Shown here: positions 27,517 to 37,539 of the stretch, piece by piece
How positions within the stretch are numbered: position 1 is the first letter of the stretch
Layout: every line of letters starts with the position of its first letter
Source of the DNA: Anaerohalosphaeraceae bacterium
GTDB taxonomy: Bacteria; Planctomycetota; Phycisphaerae; Sedimentisphaerales; Anaerohalosphaeraceae
DNA length: 64,000 nt
Assembly: GCA_963675525.2 (NCBI GenBank)
Contig: CAXXSL010000011.1
Coordinates: 96,001-160,000, forward strand
Direction: 5' to 3'
Program-made: the position numbers and the translations under genes
The notes under the pieces: model-generated
What the model was told of the DNA's origin: nothing
The model's database searches: none
What the model saw: only the letters and a program-made list of their open reading frames with translations

Positions 27517-29454
27517 TTATTTCTCAGCCGCAAATACACTGTAACTATGCGGCAACAAATGAACCGTAAAAGACGCACGCTGTTCACGGTTTCTTCGTCG
27601 CCTGCCATTTTGCCTGTCGTCCGGTGTTTGGGGTTGCCTGGTGAGTACCTCGTCGGTGACCAGGTTCCGGAGTTTGGAAAATTCACCTGTCAACGAAACC
27701 GTTACATCGGTTTCCGTGTGGCGATATGATTGGACAATAAAGGTGTTATTGTCATAGGCAAACAAGGCGACCTGGCTCGGTCCGTCCAACCGCACGGGAA
27801 AGCCGGCCATCACATAGTTCTTGATATCGCTGGTCACCGATGTCGGCAGGCGATAAAGGTCGTTAAAATTGTCAGGGATCGTCCAAATATACAAAATACC
27901 TTTTGAATACCGATTCAGCAGCATAAGCGGATACCCCCGGCCGCCGGCCAGTGCCCGGATGACCGGCCAGGAGTCGTTCGTCAGGAATCGAATATCCGGA
28001 AAGATGATTTCCGGATTCTCTTCTTCCGTCAGGGCCGAACCGCTACCCGGGCCGAAGCCTGAAAGGTATTTATCAGCAAGGATCTTCCGGTCGGTATAAC
28101 GTACTTCTACAATGTCCTCGATGCCCTTGCCCTGCAGTGCACGAAGGAGGCCTGAGGTGATCACAACATTTTTTCCGACGGTCAACTGCCCTTTTATTTT
28201 TTGAATAATAGCGGGGTCATATTTGGCCGATTCGGTCAGCAAAACAACATCCGCGTCCTTTGGAAACTCGGGATAAAGATCGATGGGGATACCGATGTTG
28301 CCAAGGTAATTATGGAGGAAATCTTCTCCCCATGAATGATAGGGTTTGTAGCTTTTGATACCAATGGGTTTGCCGAGTTTTCCGAGAAAGACGTCCACCT
28401 GTTCCAATGCATAAGCGGCAACACCGGCGTATGTGGGATCCGAAGGTCCTTCAGGGTTCTTGGATCGGTACGCCTGCACCATCTGATCGTAATTAAAGTT
28501 GGTCGGTAAGTTCTGCCATGCCGAACGGTCTCCCAAGGAGACATCTTTGCCCATGGCGGACCATTCAAACAGGGTGATCTCCGGCGCTTTTGCAAACAGG
28601 GTGTCCCATAGCTGCTCAACGTATCGATCAACATAACGAATGCTGTAGGTATCCACCCAACCGCCGCCGTTGTGAGCCGGTTTGATGTTTTCAAAAAATC
28701 GAAAGATCTGATAACTCTCGTACTGCTGGAGATTTTGATCGGTCATTTCGGGGTCGCGGGTTTCCGTGCCGGTATAAATGCCGTCGAATATTTGGGGTTC
28801 CTTTTCCAGGTCGAAACCGAGGCCCTGGAAATGCTCGTACCAATTCGGATATTTGATGACCATCTTAACATCAGGATTAACGGCCCTGGCGGGGTTAATG
28901 AGCAGGTTTTCTGCCGCTTCGTGCATTAAATCACGCCGAAATTGGCTCCAGGTTCGACTTCCCTTTTCCGCGATGTCCGTATCATACTTCGTAGTGACGA
29001 AAAAGAAATCATCCTGAATGATTTCATCGAAGTGACGTGCCGCCAACTGCACTGCTTTTTTGATAAACTCACGGTCATTCGGATCCGTGTAACAGAAAGA
29101 GCGGAACTGCCCGCCGACACTGCCGTCGGACAGCGCCATTCCGCCGGCCATGCGCACTTTTTTTTCGAGGAAAAACTTTTTTACTTGTTCGAGCAATGCA
29201 TCGCTTGCCACATTCCGATCACGCTGAACCTCGATATAGACCTTGTCCACCTTCAGTTGGCTGCTGATCCGGTCCCACTGGTTCTTTAGCGTTTCTGGGT
29301 TTTCAAATCGCTGCACAACACTGACAGGAATATAGATTGCAACATCAAAGTTGTCATATGAAACGGCAGGACACAAACCCGGAATCAGAAGGAAACCGAG
29401 CAATACTAAGAATGATACGTGTAAGGAGCTTTGTTTTACATTCATGGCATTCAT
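27517..29454 (-). CDS. Secreted conserved hypothetical protein, possible TIM-barrel glycoside hydrolase
   Basis: Signal peptide; FDEIIQDDFFF, KYPNWYEH, YTGTETRD, GGWVD; embedded among GH genes; family not recognised. Confidence 0.6.
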   Translation of the reverse strand: MNAMNVKQSSLHVSFLVLLGFLLIPGLCPAVSYDNFDVAIYIPVSVVQRFENPETLKNQWDRISSQLKVDKVYIEVQRDRNVASDALLEQVKKFFLEKKVRMAGGMALSDGSVGGQFRSFCYTDPNDREFIKKAVQLAARHFDEIIQDDFFFVTTKYDTDIAEKGSRTWSQFRRDLMHEAAENLLINPARAVNPDVKMVIKYPNWYEHFQGLGFDLEKEPQIFDGIYTGTETRDPEMTDQNLQQYESYQIFRFFENIKPAHNGGGWVDTYSIRYVDRYVEQLWDTLFAKAPEITLFEWSAMGKDVSLGDRSAWQNLPTNFNYDQMVQAYRSKNPEGPSDPTYAGVAAYALEQVDVFLGKLGKPIGIKSYKPYHSWGEDFLHNYLGNIGIPIDLYPEFPKDADVVLLTESAKYDPAIIQKIKGQLTVGKNVVITSGLLRALQGKGIEDIVEVRYTDRKILADKYLSGFGPGSGSALTEEENPEIIFPDIRFLTNDSWPVIRALAGGRGYPLMLLNRYSKGILYIWTIPDNFNDLYRLPTSVTSDIKNYVMAGFPVRLDGPSQVALFAYDNNTFIVQSYRHTETDVTVSLTGEFSKLRNLVTDEVLTRQPQTPDDRQNGRRRRNREQRASFTVHLLPHSYSVFAAEK

Positions 29455-29486
29455 TTTCCTTTGCTGATTATTTGTCATTTTCGACT

Positions 29487-31904
29487 TTATTTTTCTTGCC
29501 GGATGCTCCACTTCACTTTCCCGGAAAACGGGTCGTCCGTCAGACGAAAATCGGCACCATCCTGAGACAACTCAATCTTGTGCAGTACCTGATCGGATGG
29601 CAGGCACACTAAGCCTTCGGCTGTTTGCTTGTCTGCAGCATAGACCACCAGTTCCAGGTTCGACCAATCCATGAAGGCTGTTGATTGAGCCAGCTTGATA
29701 TGCGGAATAACCGCCCCGCTTTTGACCAGGGCAACCACGGGTATGTCGGCGGCCCGAATGCGATGCCATCCGCCCGAATAGACCTTACCGGTCTGGTAGT
29801 CGATCCATTTTCCCGGCGGCAAGTACACGTCGCGTTCCTTGACGCTCTCCAGCAGCGGAGCGACCAGAATGTCTGCGCCGAAGAGGTATTGATCGTCCAC
29901 AAGCCAGGACCCCGGATCATCCGGATACTCGACGAACAGAGCCCTGACCATCGGCAATCCACGCTGACTGCTGTCTTTTGCCTGAGCATAAATATACGGC
30001 ATAAGACGGTAACGCATTTCATCGGCCCTGCGAAAAGCATTCATGAAATCTTCGCCGTATTCCCACGGTTCCGTGGGCGGCGTTCCATGACTTCGGGTAT
30101 GAGAACTGAGCATGCCAAACGGTGTCCATCGTCGATACAGGTTTTCGGGGCAGGATTTGACAAAACCGCCAATATCATGAGCCCAGAAAGTAAAACCGGA
30201 CAGGCCTATCGATAAACCGCCACGGAGTGTCGCGCTCATCGCCGAATCCGTATTGGCCGGGTCGCCGCCCCAATGGACAGGATACTTCTGACTGCCGGCC
30301 CAGGCGCTGCGGGCCCAGATGAACGTATCACCGGTGACCTCTTTTGTAATATCGGCTACCGCTTTGTTATAGCGAAGCGGATACAGGTTATGCTCATAAA
30401 AACCGCTTCGGCCGGAGGCATAGATTCCGTCAGCGGGAGCTGCTTCACCGAAATCGACCTTAATGACACTAACCCCCTGCTTGAGCAGACCTGCAATGTT
30501 GTTTTGATACCATTTGACGGTATCGGGATTAGAAAAATCAAGCACCGCATCTTCATAAGGCAGGTTGCCCTTGCCGTCGCGAACATATAATCCCTTCTCA
30601 ATGATCTCTGGGAATAACTTGTTCTTGGGAACAAAATACGGCAGTTGCCACAGGCATGTCCGAAAACCCTGCTCCTTAAAGTCCGCCAGCATTTTGACAG
30701 GATCATCAAAACGGCCTTCGGAGAACTGATAGTCGCACCGCCAGTCCGTTTCAAACCAGCCGGTATCAAAATGGATCACATCGCTTGGGATTCGGTTTTC
30801 ACGAAGCTTTTGCGTAACCGAACGGCCATCCTTTTCGGAAAAATAAGTAATTCGGCTCATCCAGAATCCGAACGACCATAACGGCGGCATGGGGGCTTTG
30901 CCGGTGATATTCGTATACTCATCCAAAATATCTTTGGGTTGGCCCAGAAAAACGAACAGATCCAGTTCATCGTCACCGATCATCATATTGTTGACGCTGC
31001 TGTAATATTTCCCAAAGTCGCAGGTAATGGGTGTCGAGGTGTGCATGAATACGCCATAGCCACGACTGCTCATATAGAACGGAACGGGCTTATACATCGT
31101 TTCATTCTGCACCCCGTTCCCATCATCCGTAAACAGCACGACTTTCTGCCCGCGCTTATTGAATTCGGTGAATGACTCCCCGCATCCGAAAATCTTTTCC
31201 TTCGGCGACAAACGGAAGACCGCGGCCATGCTGGTGGAGTAATCCGAAGACCTGCGAACGAACGAGAACGGCAACAAAGGCGTAAAGGTTTCGCTGTCGT
31301 CCTCCATGTGAATCGTATGGGTCAGCATCCGGCCGTCGGCATCGTGCAATTCAATGCGCCAAGGAGATTCGGTAATTGTCACCGAACCGGCCGTACCGGT
31401 ATAACGATGCCCCCCGTCGATCTTTTTATATTTCCATCCCGAGCGGTCCTGAGATACCGTGCCGTTGACCAACATCAGCGAGGGTTTGTCAGGTTTGATC
31501 TGAAAGCGTGAAATTGCCCGAATGCGCAGGGTACGCGGAGAAATAAACTCGATCGCAAACGGCAGTTCCGGTGAAGCGGCGTATTCGGTTCCGGGGAACT
31601 CATTGGCCTTAACCGGCACAAGGACTCCCAGCATATTGTTAAATGCCTGACGGGTGGCATATTCGTAGCGCAGATATCGAATTTTCCCACGTCCGGTATC
31701 AGGATCAAATTCGGCCAGGCGGTCGGCACAATAATACGTATTACTGAAATCCCTGAAATCCCCGCTGATGTCCATTGGTTCATTCAGCAATCGCTGGTCA
31801 TCACCCAGTGAATGAATCGGGATTTGTGCCTGAACAACAGTGGTCATTAAGTAACCAATCACAATAATACCCAAAAGCCGCATGTAATTTTTTTGATACA
31901 TCAT
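29487..31904 (-). CDS. GH31 alpha-xylosidase (YicI-like), secreted
   Basis: YKPVPFYMS, PLWSFGFWMS, IP.DVIHFD, KVDFGE nucleophile, WGGD, HDIGGF, RLMPYIY, YLPPG.W. Confidence 0.92.
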   Translation of the reverse strand: MMYQKNYMRLLGIIVIGYLMTTVVQAQIPIHSLGDDQRLLNEPMDISGDFRDFSNTYYCADRLAEFDPDTGRGKIRYLRYEYATRQAFNNMLGVLVPVKANEFPGTEYAASPELPFAIEFISPRTLRIRAISRFQIKPDKPSLMLVNGTVSQDRSGWKYKKIDGGHRYTGTAGSVTITESPWRIELHDADGRMLTHTIHMEDDSETFTPLLPFSFVRRSSDYSTSMAAVFRLSPKEKIFGCGESFTEFNKRGQKVVLFTDDGNGVQNETMYKPVPFYMSSRGYGVFMHTSTPITCDFGKYYSSVNNMMIGDDELDLFVFLGQPKDILDEYTNITGKAPMPPLWSFGFWMSRITYFSEKDGRSVTQKLRENRIPSDVIHFDTGWFETDWRCDYQFSEGRFDDPVKMLADFKEQGFRTCLWQLPYFVPKNKLFPEIIEKGLYVRDGKGNLPYEDAVLDFSNPDTVKWYQNNIAGLLKQGVSVIKVDFGEAAPADGIYASGRSGFYEHNLYPLRYNKAVADITKEVTGDTFIWARSAWAGSQKYPVHWGGDPANTDSAMSATLRGGLSIGLSGFTFWAHDIGGFVKSCPENLYRRWTPFGMLSSHTRSHGTPPTEPWEYGEDFMNAFRRADEMRYRLMPYIYAQAKDSSQRGLPMVRALFVEYPDDPGSWLVDDQYLFGADILVAPLLESVKERDVYLPPGKWIDYQTGKVYSGGWHRIRAADIPVVALVKSGAVIPHIKLAQSTAFMDWSNLELVVYAADKQTAEGLVCLPSDQVLHKIELSQDGADFRLTDDPFSGKVKWSIRQEK

Positions 31905-32085
31905 GTGTAACTCCTTTACTTCAAAAAGACTTTTATATTAAATCTATTAATGTCGACTTTGAAAAAGGCAAATCAGACTTTTTCGACATCCATTATTATC
32001 TGATTTGTCGCCAGATGAAATTTTGCACAGTAAGACAAAGGAAGTCAAACTGAAAACCTAATAATATTAACATGAAAATTCAAGA

Positions 32086-33678
32086 CTAATTACCTGTGTA
32101 TTCGAAATAATCGAACGTCGCATGCTCTTTACACTTCGTTCCATTACCTGTTGCGTAAAAACCAACGTACACTCCGGTGAATCCGCCAACGGTTTCTGAA
32201 CTTAGATATTTGGCTTCAACATTTTCAATATCTTCAAACCGATCCTCTTGTGAATAAGAAAAAGAAAAACGTCCCCGGACCCCTTTTATTCTCATATTAA
32301 CCGGACCAGGTTTGATAACAATTTCTTTCGATATATGAACTACAGAACCAAAGTAAAGTTTCACATATAAAATACGTTTGTCACCGGACCGTTTAATAAG
32401 CAGATCAAAATGTTGACCATTATTAAGCAGTGTCATGCCTGCTTCTTCATTCTCATTTTTGGAATCAAAATGAATGGTCGTTGTGGCAGTGAAGTTCATA
32501 TGTTGCAATCTTCTGCCTACAAAAGCAGGTGAGCTTTTTTCACCAATCCGTTGAGCCATGCCTTTTAAACATAAAGCACCGTTATCAATTTCACAAAAAG
32601 TTTCATTTTCCCCTGGAGCCTGAATGAAATTCCATTCCAAGCCAAGTTTTTTGCCATTAAATTCTTCTCTTACTGGCTTTTTGGGGAATGGTTTTAGAGG
32701 TAATGTTGGACAAGTCATATTCTCTGTGACCGTGCCGTTACCATTCACAACCGGCCATCCATATTTTGGCCATGTAACAGGCGCTAAAAGAGTTTCTCGC
32801 CCTAAAATATGGTGAGCCGGATAATCAACGACCTTGCGATAGCCGTGGAAAACGATCCACCATGAACCATCATGTGCCTGTATCATATCAGCATGACCAA
32901 CCCCCTGGATGGGATTGCCTTGTCCTGCTGCATTGGCATGAGCCAATATGGGGTTTGCAGGGTTTCCCGTAAAGGGGCCCCAAATGGTATTGCTGCGAGC
33001 AATTGTTTCACAATGTGCTTCTTCCGTTCCTCCTTCGGCAACCATCAGATAATAATAGCCGTCTTTTTTGTAAATATGCGGACCTTCTGCATATCTTCCT
33101 CCTGTACCCAACCAGACTCTTCGACCCTCTGTAAGCAATTTTCCAGTTTCCAGATTAATCTCGTATACCATGAATGCAGAAGAAATCACGTAGACCTTTC
33201 CGTTATCATCAAAAAACAAGTCCGGATCAATTCCCGGAACATCGATCCAGATTGGATTTGACCAGGGGCCGGCGGGATCGGTTGCAGTAACATAAAAATT
33301 CCCCCCCCTTCCCGTATTGGTCGTAATCATATAAAAAGTGCCATTGTGATGTCTGATCGTGCATGCAAAAATATTCAGTCCATTCGGCAGTTGTTTATTA
33401 CGATCAATGCAATGACCTATTTGTTCCCAATTCACAAGGTCCTTACTGTGGAAAACCGGAACACCAGGGTAATATTCGAAGGTGCTGCTGACTAAGTAAT
33501 AATTATCTCCGACTCTACATATACTGGGATCAGAATAAAAACCTGGTATCACAGGATTCTTATATGTTATCTGGTCGTCAGGGTTTACTTTAACGGCAAA
33601 GGGATTATCGTGAACCTGTGCAGCTAATGCTGTGCTGCCCATAATAAGGAGGAATAGAATGAATACATTGTTTTTCAT
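32086..33678 (-). CDS. GH43 beta-xylosidase/arabinofuranosidase with C-terminal beta-sandwich
   Basis: NPVIPGFYSDPSICR, STFEY.PG, GIDP, EGPHIYK, AEGGT, GHAD, LGRET, GGFTG. Confidence 0.93.
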   Translation of the reverse strand: MKNNVFILFLLIMGSTALAAQVHDNPFAVKVNPDDQITYKNPVIPGFYSDPSICRVGDNYYLVSSTFEYYPGVPVFHSKDLVNWEQIGHCIDRNKQLPNGLNIFACTIRHHNGTFYMITTNTGRGGNFYVTATDPAGPWSNPIWIDVPGIDPDLFFDDNGKVYVISSAFMVYEINLETGKLLTEGRRVWLGTGGRYAEGPHIYKKDGYYYLMVAEGGTEEAHCETIARSNTIWGPFTGNPANPILAHANAAGQGNPIQGVGHADMIQAHDGSWWIVFHGYRKVVDYPAHHILGRETLLAPVTWPKYGWPVVNGNGTVTENMTCPTLPLKPFPKKPVREEFNGKKLGLEWNFIQAPGENETFCEIDNGALCLKGMAQRIGEKSSPAFVGRRLQHMNFTATTTIHFDSKNENEEAGMTLLNNGQHFDLLIKRSGDKRILYVKLYFGSVVHISKEIVIKPGPVNMRIKGVRGRFSFSYSQEDRFEDIENVEAKYLSSETVGGFTGVYVGFYATGNGTKCKEHATFDYFEYTGN

Positions 33679-33735
33679 AGCAATCCCTTTTAATTAATAA
33701 TTGTATTGCAAAAAAGCTTAGGAATGATCATTTTT

Positions 33736-35346
33736 TCACTTCAAAGGTTCCACTTCATAATCGAACCAGTCGAAATCGGCGGGGTTCTGATTATTCTCTC
33801 CATTTCCTGATGCATACATTCCAATGAAGACGCCGGTGAACCCTCCAATGACTTCAGTGGACAGGTTTTTAGTTAATGCAGTGCCTATCAGTTCGGCTTC
33901 TTTCCCTTCCGGCTGCACCAAAAACTGATATTGCATCTCAGTTGTTTTAATATGCAGGATGACATCGCCATCCGGAATCTCTTTATACTCGGTTTTAACG
34001 ACTTTGTCCTGTAAATATTCCCGCAGCATGATGACTCGTTTTCCTCCAGCCATTGTTATCAGGAAGTCGTAATGATTTTTATCATTTCCGCGAATCAGCA
34101 GCCCAGCCTCTTCGTTTGAGGCGGTCGGGGAAAAATCAATCTTTGTCGAAGCCGCCATGTTGAATGCGGTCTGCCTGCGGCAGATAAATGCCGGCGAGTC
34201 TTTCTCTTTAAGACTGACTTTCGAGCCATTCAGTCTAAGAAAACCCGGTTTTGCCGTAAGTGACCAATCCTCAGCATGAGGATTTCGGACAAAGTTCCAC
34301 AGCAATCGAAGTGAAGAGCTGTCGAAATCATCGCGGATCGGCTCTTTTTCCCAGATATGCTGAGGTAATTTCGGGACAGGATATTCTTCCTTAACAATAC
34401 CGTCGGTTCCTACTTTTGGCCAGCCATCCTCACTCCAAGTAACAGGCGACAGAAAGGTTTCACGGCCTAAATGTTGAAAATTGCCGCCTTTAGGCCTGAT
34501 TCCAAGACACACTAACCACCATCCGTCAGGAGTCTCTATCATGTCGGCATGGCCGATCGCCTGAAATGGATTATCGGGAGCATTCATGTGCGACGCGACC
34601 GGATTATTAGGACTTACTTCATAAGGCCCCCAAGGTGATTTGCTGCGTTGAATCACTTCTCTGTGTTGGTACCCGGTTCCGCCTTCCGCAGACATTAAGT
34701 AGTAATAGTCGTTGATTTTGTATAGGTGTGGACCCTCAGGAGATGAGCCGCCAAGTCCTGCTGCGATTTTTTTCAACGGCTCATTAAATTTGTCCGTTAT
34801 AGGATCCATGATCCCGAGCAGGAAACTGCCCTTATTGTCCGGACTGAGATAGTAAACCGTATCGTCTGCGAACAGCAGCGAAGGGTCCACATACCAGCAG
34901 CCTAACCAATGCGGTTGGGACCATGGCCCGGCCGGATCGGCAGCGGTTACATAGAAAACGCCCTGTGTGCCTTTTCCACCATAATTGGTGCCGATAACAT
35001 AGAACGTACCGTTATGGTAACGTATCGTGGCGGCATATTGGCCGCCACTTGAATCACAACCCATCAGAGGATTGCTGCCTGCCCGGGACAGCGCGTATCC
35101 AATCAATTTCCAATGCACCAGATCTTTACTTTGATAGATCGGTAAGCCGGGAAAATACTCGAACGTGGAGGTCACCAGATAATAGTCATCGCCCGCACGG
35201 CAAATACTGGAATCCGGATTCATCCCCGTAATAATTGGATTTCGAAATGTCGTTTGTGCGTCGACATGGCATGCGAGTACTATTGTGCCAAGACATATGA
35301 GTGTTGCCAATTTTATCTTCACAGTATTTATTCTCTTGTATGTCAC
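33736..35346 (-). CDS. GH43 beta-xylosidase/arabinofuranosidase (paralog of the neighbour)
   Basis: NPII.GMNPD.SICR, STFEYFPG, VDPS, PEGPHLYK, AEGGT, GHAD, LGRET, GGFTG. Confidence 0.92.
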   Translation of the reverse strand: MTYKRINTVKIKLATLICLGTIVLACHVDAQTTFRNPIITGMNPDSSICRAGDDYYLVTSTFEYFPGLPIYQSKDLVHWKLIGYALSRAGSNPLMGCDSSGGQYAATIRYHNGTFYVIGTNYGGKGTQGVFYVTAADPAGPWSQPHWLGCWYVDPSLLFADDTVYYLSPDNKGSFLLGIMDPITDKFNEPLKKIAAGLGGSSPEGPHLYKINDYYYLMSAEGGTGYQHREVIQRSKSPWGPYEVSPNNPVASHMNAPDNPFQAIGHADMIETPDGWWLVCLGIRPKGGNFQHLGRETFLSPVTWSEDGWPKVGTDGIVKEEYPVPKLPQHIWEKEPIRDDFDSSSLRLLWNFVRNPHAEDWSLTAKPGFLRLNGSKVSLKEKDSPAFICRRQTAFNMAASTKIDFSPTASNEEAGLLIRGNDKNHYDFLITMAGGKRVIMLREYLQDKVVKTEYKEIPDGDVILHIKTTEMQYQFLVQPEGKEAELIGTALTKNLSTEVIGGFTGVFIGMYASGNGENNQNPADFDWFDYEVEPLK

Positions 35347-35422
35347 TTAAACTTATATCGAAATCATGCTCAACTTATTTGCTGACGCACGTTCCATCAT
35401 AAATGTACTCGTACATCAGCTT

Positions 35423-37429
35423 TTAGTTCATCCAGTTCTCTGCAAACTGAGAAAATTCATACAAGTCAATAACACAATTGCCTTCCAGATCCATTCCTGA
35501 AGTCAACGCACAATCGTCTTCCAACCACAGCGTAAAGAAATCGAGTAAGTCGTTCATATCAACCGTTCCATTGCCGGTAACGTCACCATACAGTCCTGTC
35601 AACCACGGCGACAAATACCTCCCGCCAATAACCGCCTGCGAAATCCCCGGCCCTGACCATGCCACGGCGATATTATCGCCGCCGGTCCCCTCCTTATGCA
35701 AAACCTCGATATAGTATTTCTGTCCGGCAGTCAGCGTGATGGACGCAGACTCCTGTTCGGTATATTTATCCCACTGGCGGGAATCGGTCCAACTGGTAAC
35801 TTCCGCAATCAGGGCGGCATTCTCCGCTGTCCCGTTCGTGCTGAGCCACAACCGGCAGTTATCATCGCCGGCAATCCAGAAGGTATAATCGCCGCTGGCG
35901 GGCGGATGCAGATAGCCCCGAATGCGTGTTCCATAATTACTATCCCAATCAATCGGACCTTCAAGGCGGATCAGTTGTTCGGCACCGGAAGGATTGTCCG
36001 GATAATTAACATTAGACGTAAGGTCGCTAACGGCTGTGCCGCTGATCCCGGTCCACCATTCGCGAAGGACCGTCCCCATCCCCGTATCGGGAATGGTCGC
36101 GGATTCTTCATCCGAATAACCGGATTCGTTTGAGGAGGTATCTAAGGCCGTCACCACGTAATAATAAGTTTGCCCACCGATCACCGTATCATCCGAATAA
36201 AGTGAATTACTGAGGGCCGCGCCGTTTAATTTTATATAACCACTGCCTGATGTTACAGAACGGTAAACGTTATAGCCGTCCAGATCGCCTTCGCCGTTGT
36301 CGTTCCAGTTAAGTGAGACTATCAGTTCACCACCGGTTACTGACAAGCCTGTTGGCGCCGCCGGAGGTATCGCATCGCCCGTAATATCAAACGCCTCCAT
36401 ACCCATCAGCATTTCGACATTCGACCAGCTCGGAACCGGCTCGAACAACGCCCTGTAACCGTCAGTCGAATTCCATACCCATGCGGGCTCCCAATAGCAG
36501 ACCCCTCTTCCCTTGCCGTTTGGTGTGGCCTCGACTCGTGCTATTACATCTTCCAAAAATGCTTTCTGGTTTTCCGGACTTTTTCCCGAACTGCCAGTGT
36601 AGTACTCGCCGACTTCTGCAAGAATGACATCCTGAGAGTAGCGTGTGCCCATTAAATTCAGACAATCGGTCAGATCGCTGACGGTTCCATGCCATTCCGG
36701 GTAGAAGGACTGCCCGATCACGTCAAATTGCACACCCTGCGAAATGAGATTATCAAAGAACCATTGGGTTGACGATGCGTCACCGCCGCGGTCAATATGT
36801 ATCATGATTTCCGGCATGGGTTCGGTCCCTCTGCCGGCTGCGACACCATTGATGCCAGCCTTGACAAGGTCGGTAAAATTGCCCCATCCGCTGGTGGAGA
36901 TTCGTCCGTCCGGCCAGAGCATACCATTAGGAATCTCATTGCCAATCTGGACCATATCCGGCATCGCGTTGTTAAGACGCAAATGCTCAATGACGTCACG
37001 TGTGTAGTCGTGAACCGCGCTAACAAGCTGCGTATGGTTCATCCCGGACCATGCAGCGGGAGTCGTCTGATGCCCCGGATCGGCCCATGTATCCGAATAA
37101 TGAATATCCAGCAGGAATTTGAATCCCGCAGCTTTGACTTGGACACCAAGATTCGTCACATAAGCGAGGTCTTGACTAACGCCGTATATCGAGCCGTCCG
37201 GAGTATGAAACAATCGTATGCGAATCCAATTAAAGTCGTGATTTTCTAAAATGACCAGCAGGTCTTTGGGAACGCCATACTCCTTGTAAATGACCCCATC
37301 TGCGACCTGTCGTGTGTGTGTGGATATGTCCGCTCCTCGCATGAACTCGGCATAAACGCAATTCTGCGTCATCATGCTTAATCCTGCAAGGAACAACAAA
37401 AGTACGTGGCATACCGGATTTCTGGTCAT
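35423..37429 (-). CDS. GH53 endo-beta-1,4-galactanase + FN3 + PA14 + dockerin-like tail
   Basis: RGADIS, IRIRLF, LLDIHYSDTWADPG.Q..P.AW, MVQIGNE, G.SFYP.WHG, LAE, YWEP; PPAAPTGL FN3; YTFWIAGDD PA14; GDVTGNG.VD..DL. Confidence 0.93.
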   Translation of the reverse strand: MTRNPVCHVLLLFLAGLSMMTQNCVYAEFMRGADISTHTRQVADGVIYKEYGVPKDLLVILENHDFNWIRIRLFHTPDGSIYGVSQDLAYVTNLGVQVKAAGFKFLLDIHYSDTWADPGHQTTPAAWSGMNHTQLVSAVHDYTRDVIEHLRLNNAMPDMVQIGNEIPNGMLWPDGRISTSGWGNFTDLVKAGINGVAAGRGTEPMPEIMIHIDRGGDASSTQWFFDNLISQGVQFDVIGQSFYPEWHGTVSDLTDCLNLMGTRYSQDVILAEVGEYYTGSSGKSPENQKAFLEDVIARVEATPNGKGRGVCYWEPAWVWNSTDGYRALFEPVPSWSNVEMLMGMEAFDITGDAIPPAAPTGLSVTGGELIVSLNWNDNGEGDLDGYNVYRSVTSGSGYIKLNGAALSNSLYSDDTVIGGQTYYYVVTALDTSSNESGYSDEESATIPDTGMGTVLREWWTGISGTAVSDLTSNVNYPDNPSGAEQLIRLEGPIDWDSNYGTRIRGYLHPPASGDYTFWIAGDDNCRLWLSTNGTAENAALIAEVTSWTDSRQWDKYTEQESASITLTAGQKYYIEVLHKEGTGGDNIAVAWSGPGISQAVIGGRYLSPWLTGLYGDVTGNGTVDMNDLLDFFTLWLEDDCALTSGMDLEGNCVIDLYEFSQFAENWMN

Positions 37430-37539
37430 CGTCCATATTTCTTTAACAGTGTTTCAGCCATGGTTTATCGTCAAATTCAGCATACAGGCATATTCACAGA
37501 ATCGATTCATCTTTGATATATTGATCGCAGTTAATAATC

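Noticed and set aside
31950..31990. Inverted repeat ATGTCGA...TCGACAT between GH43 and GH31
   Set aside because: Interrupted, weak stem; function cannot be supported
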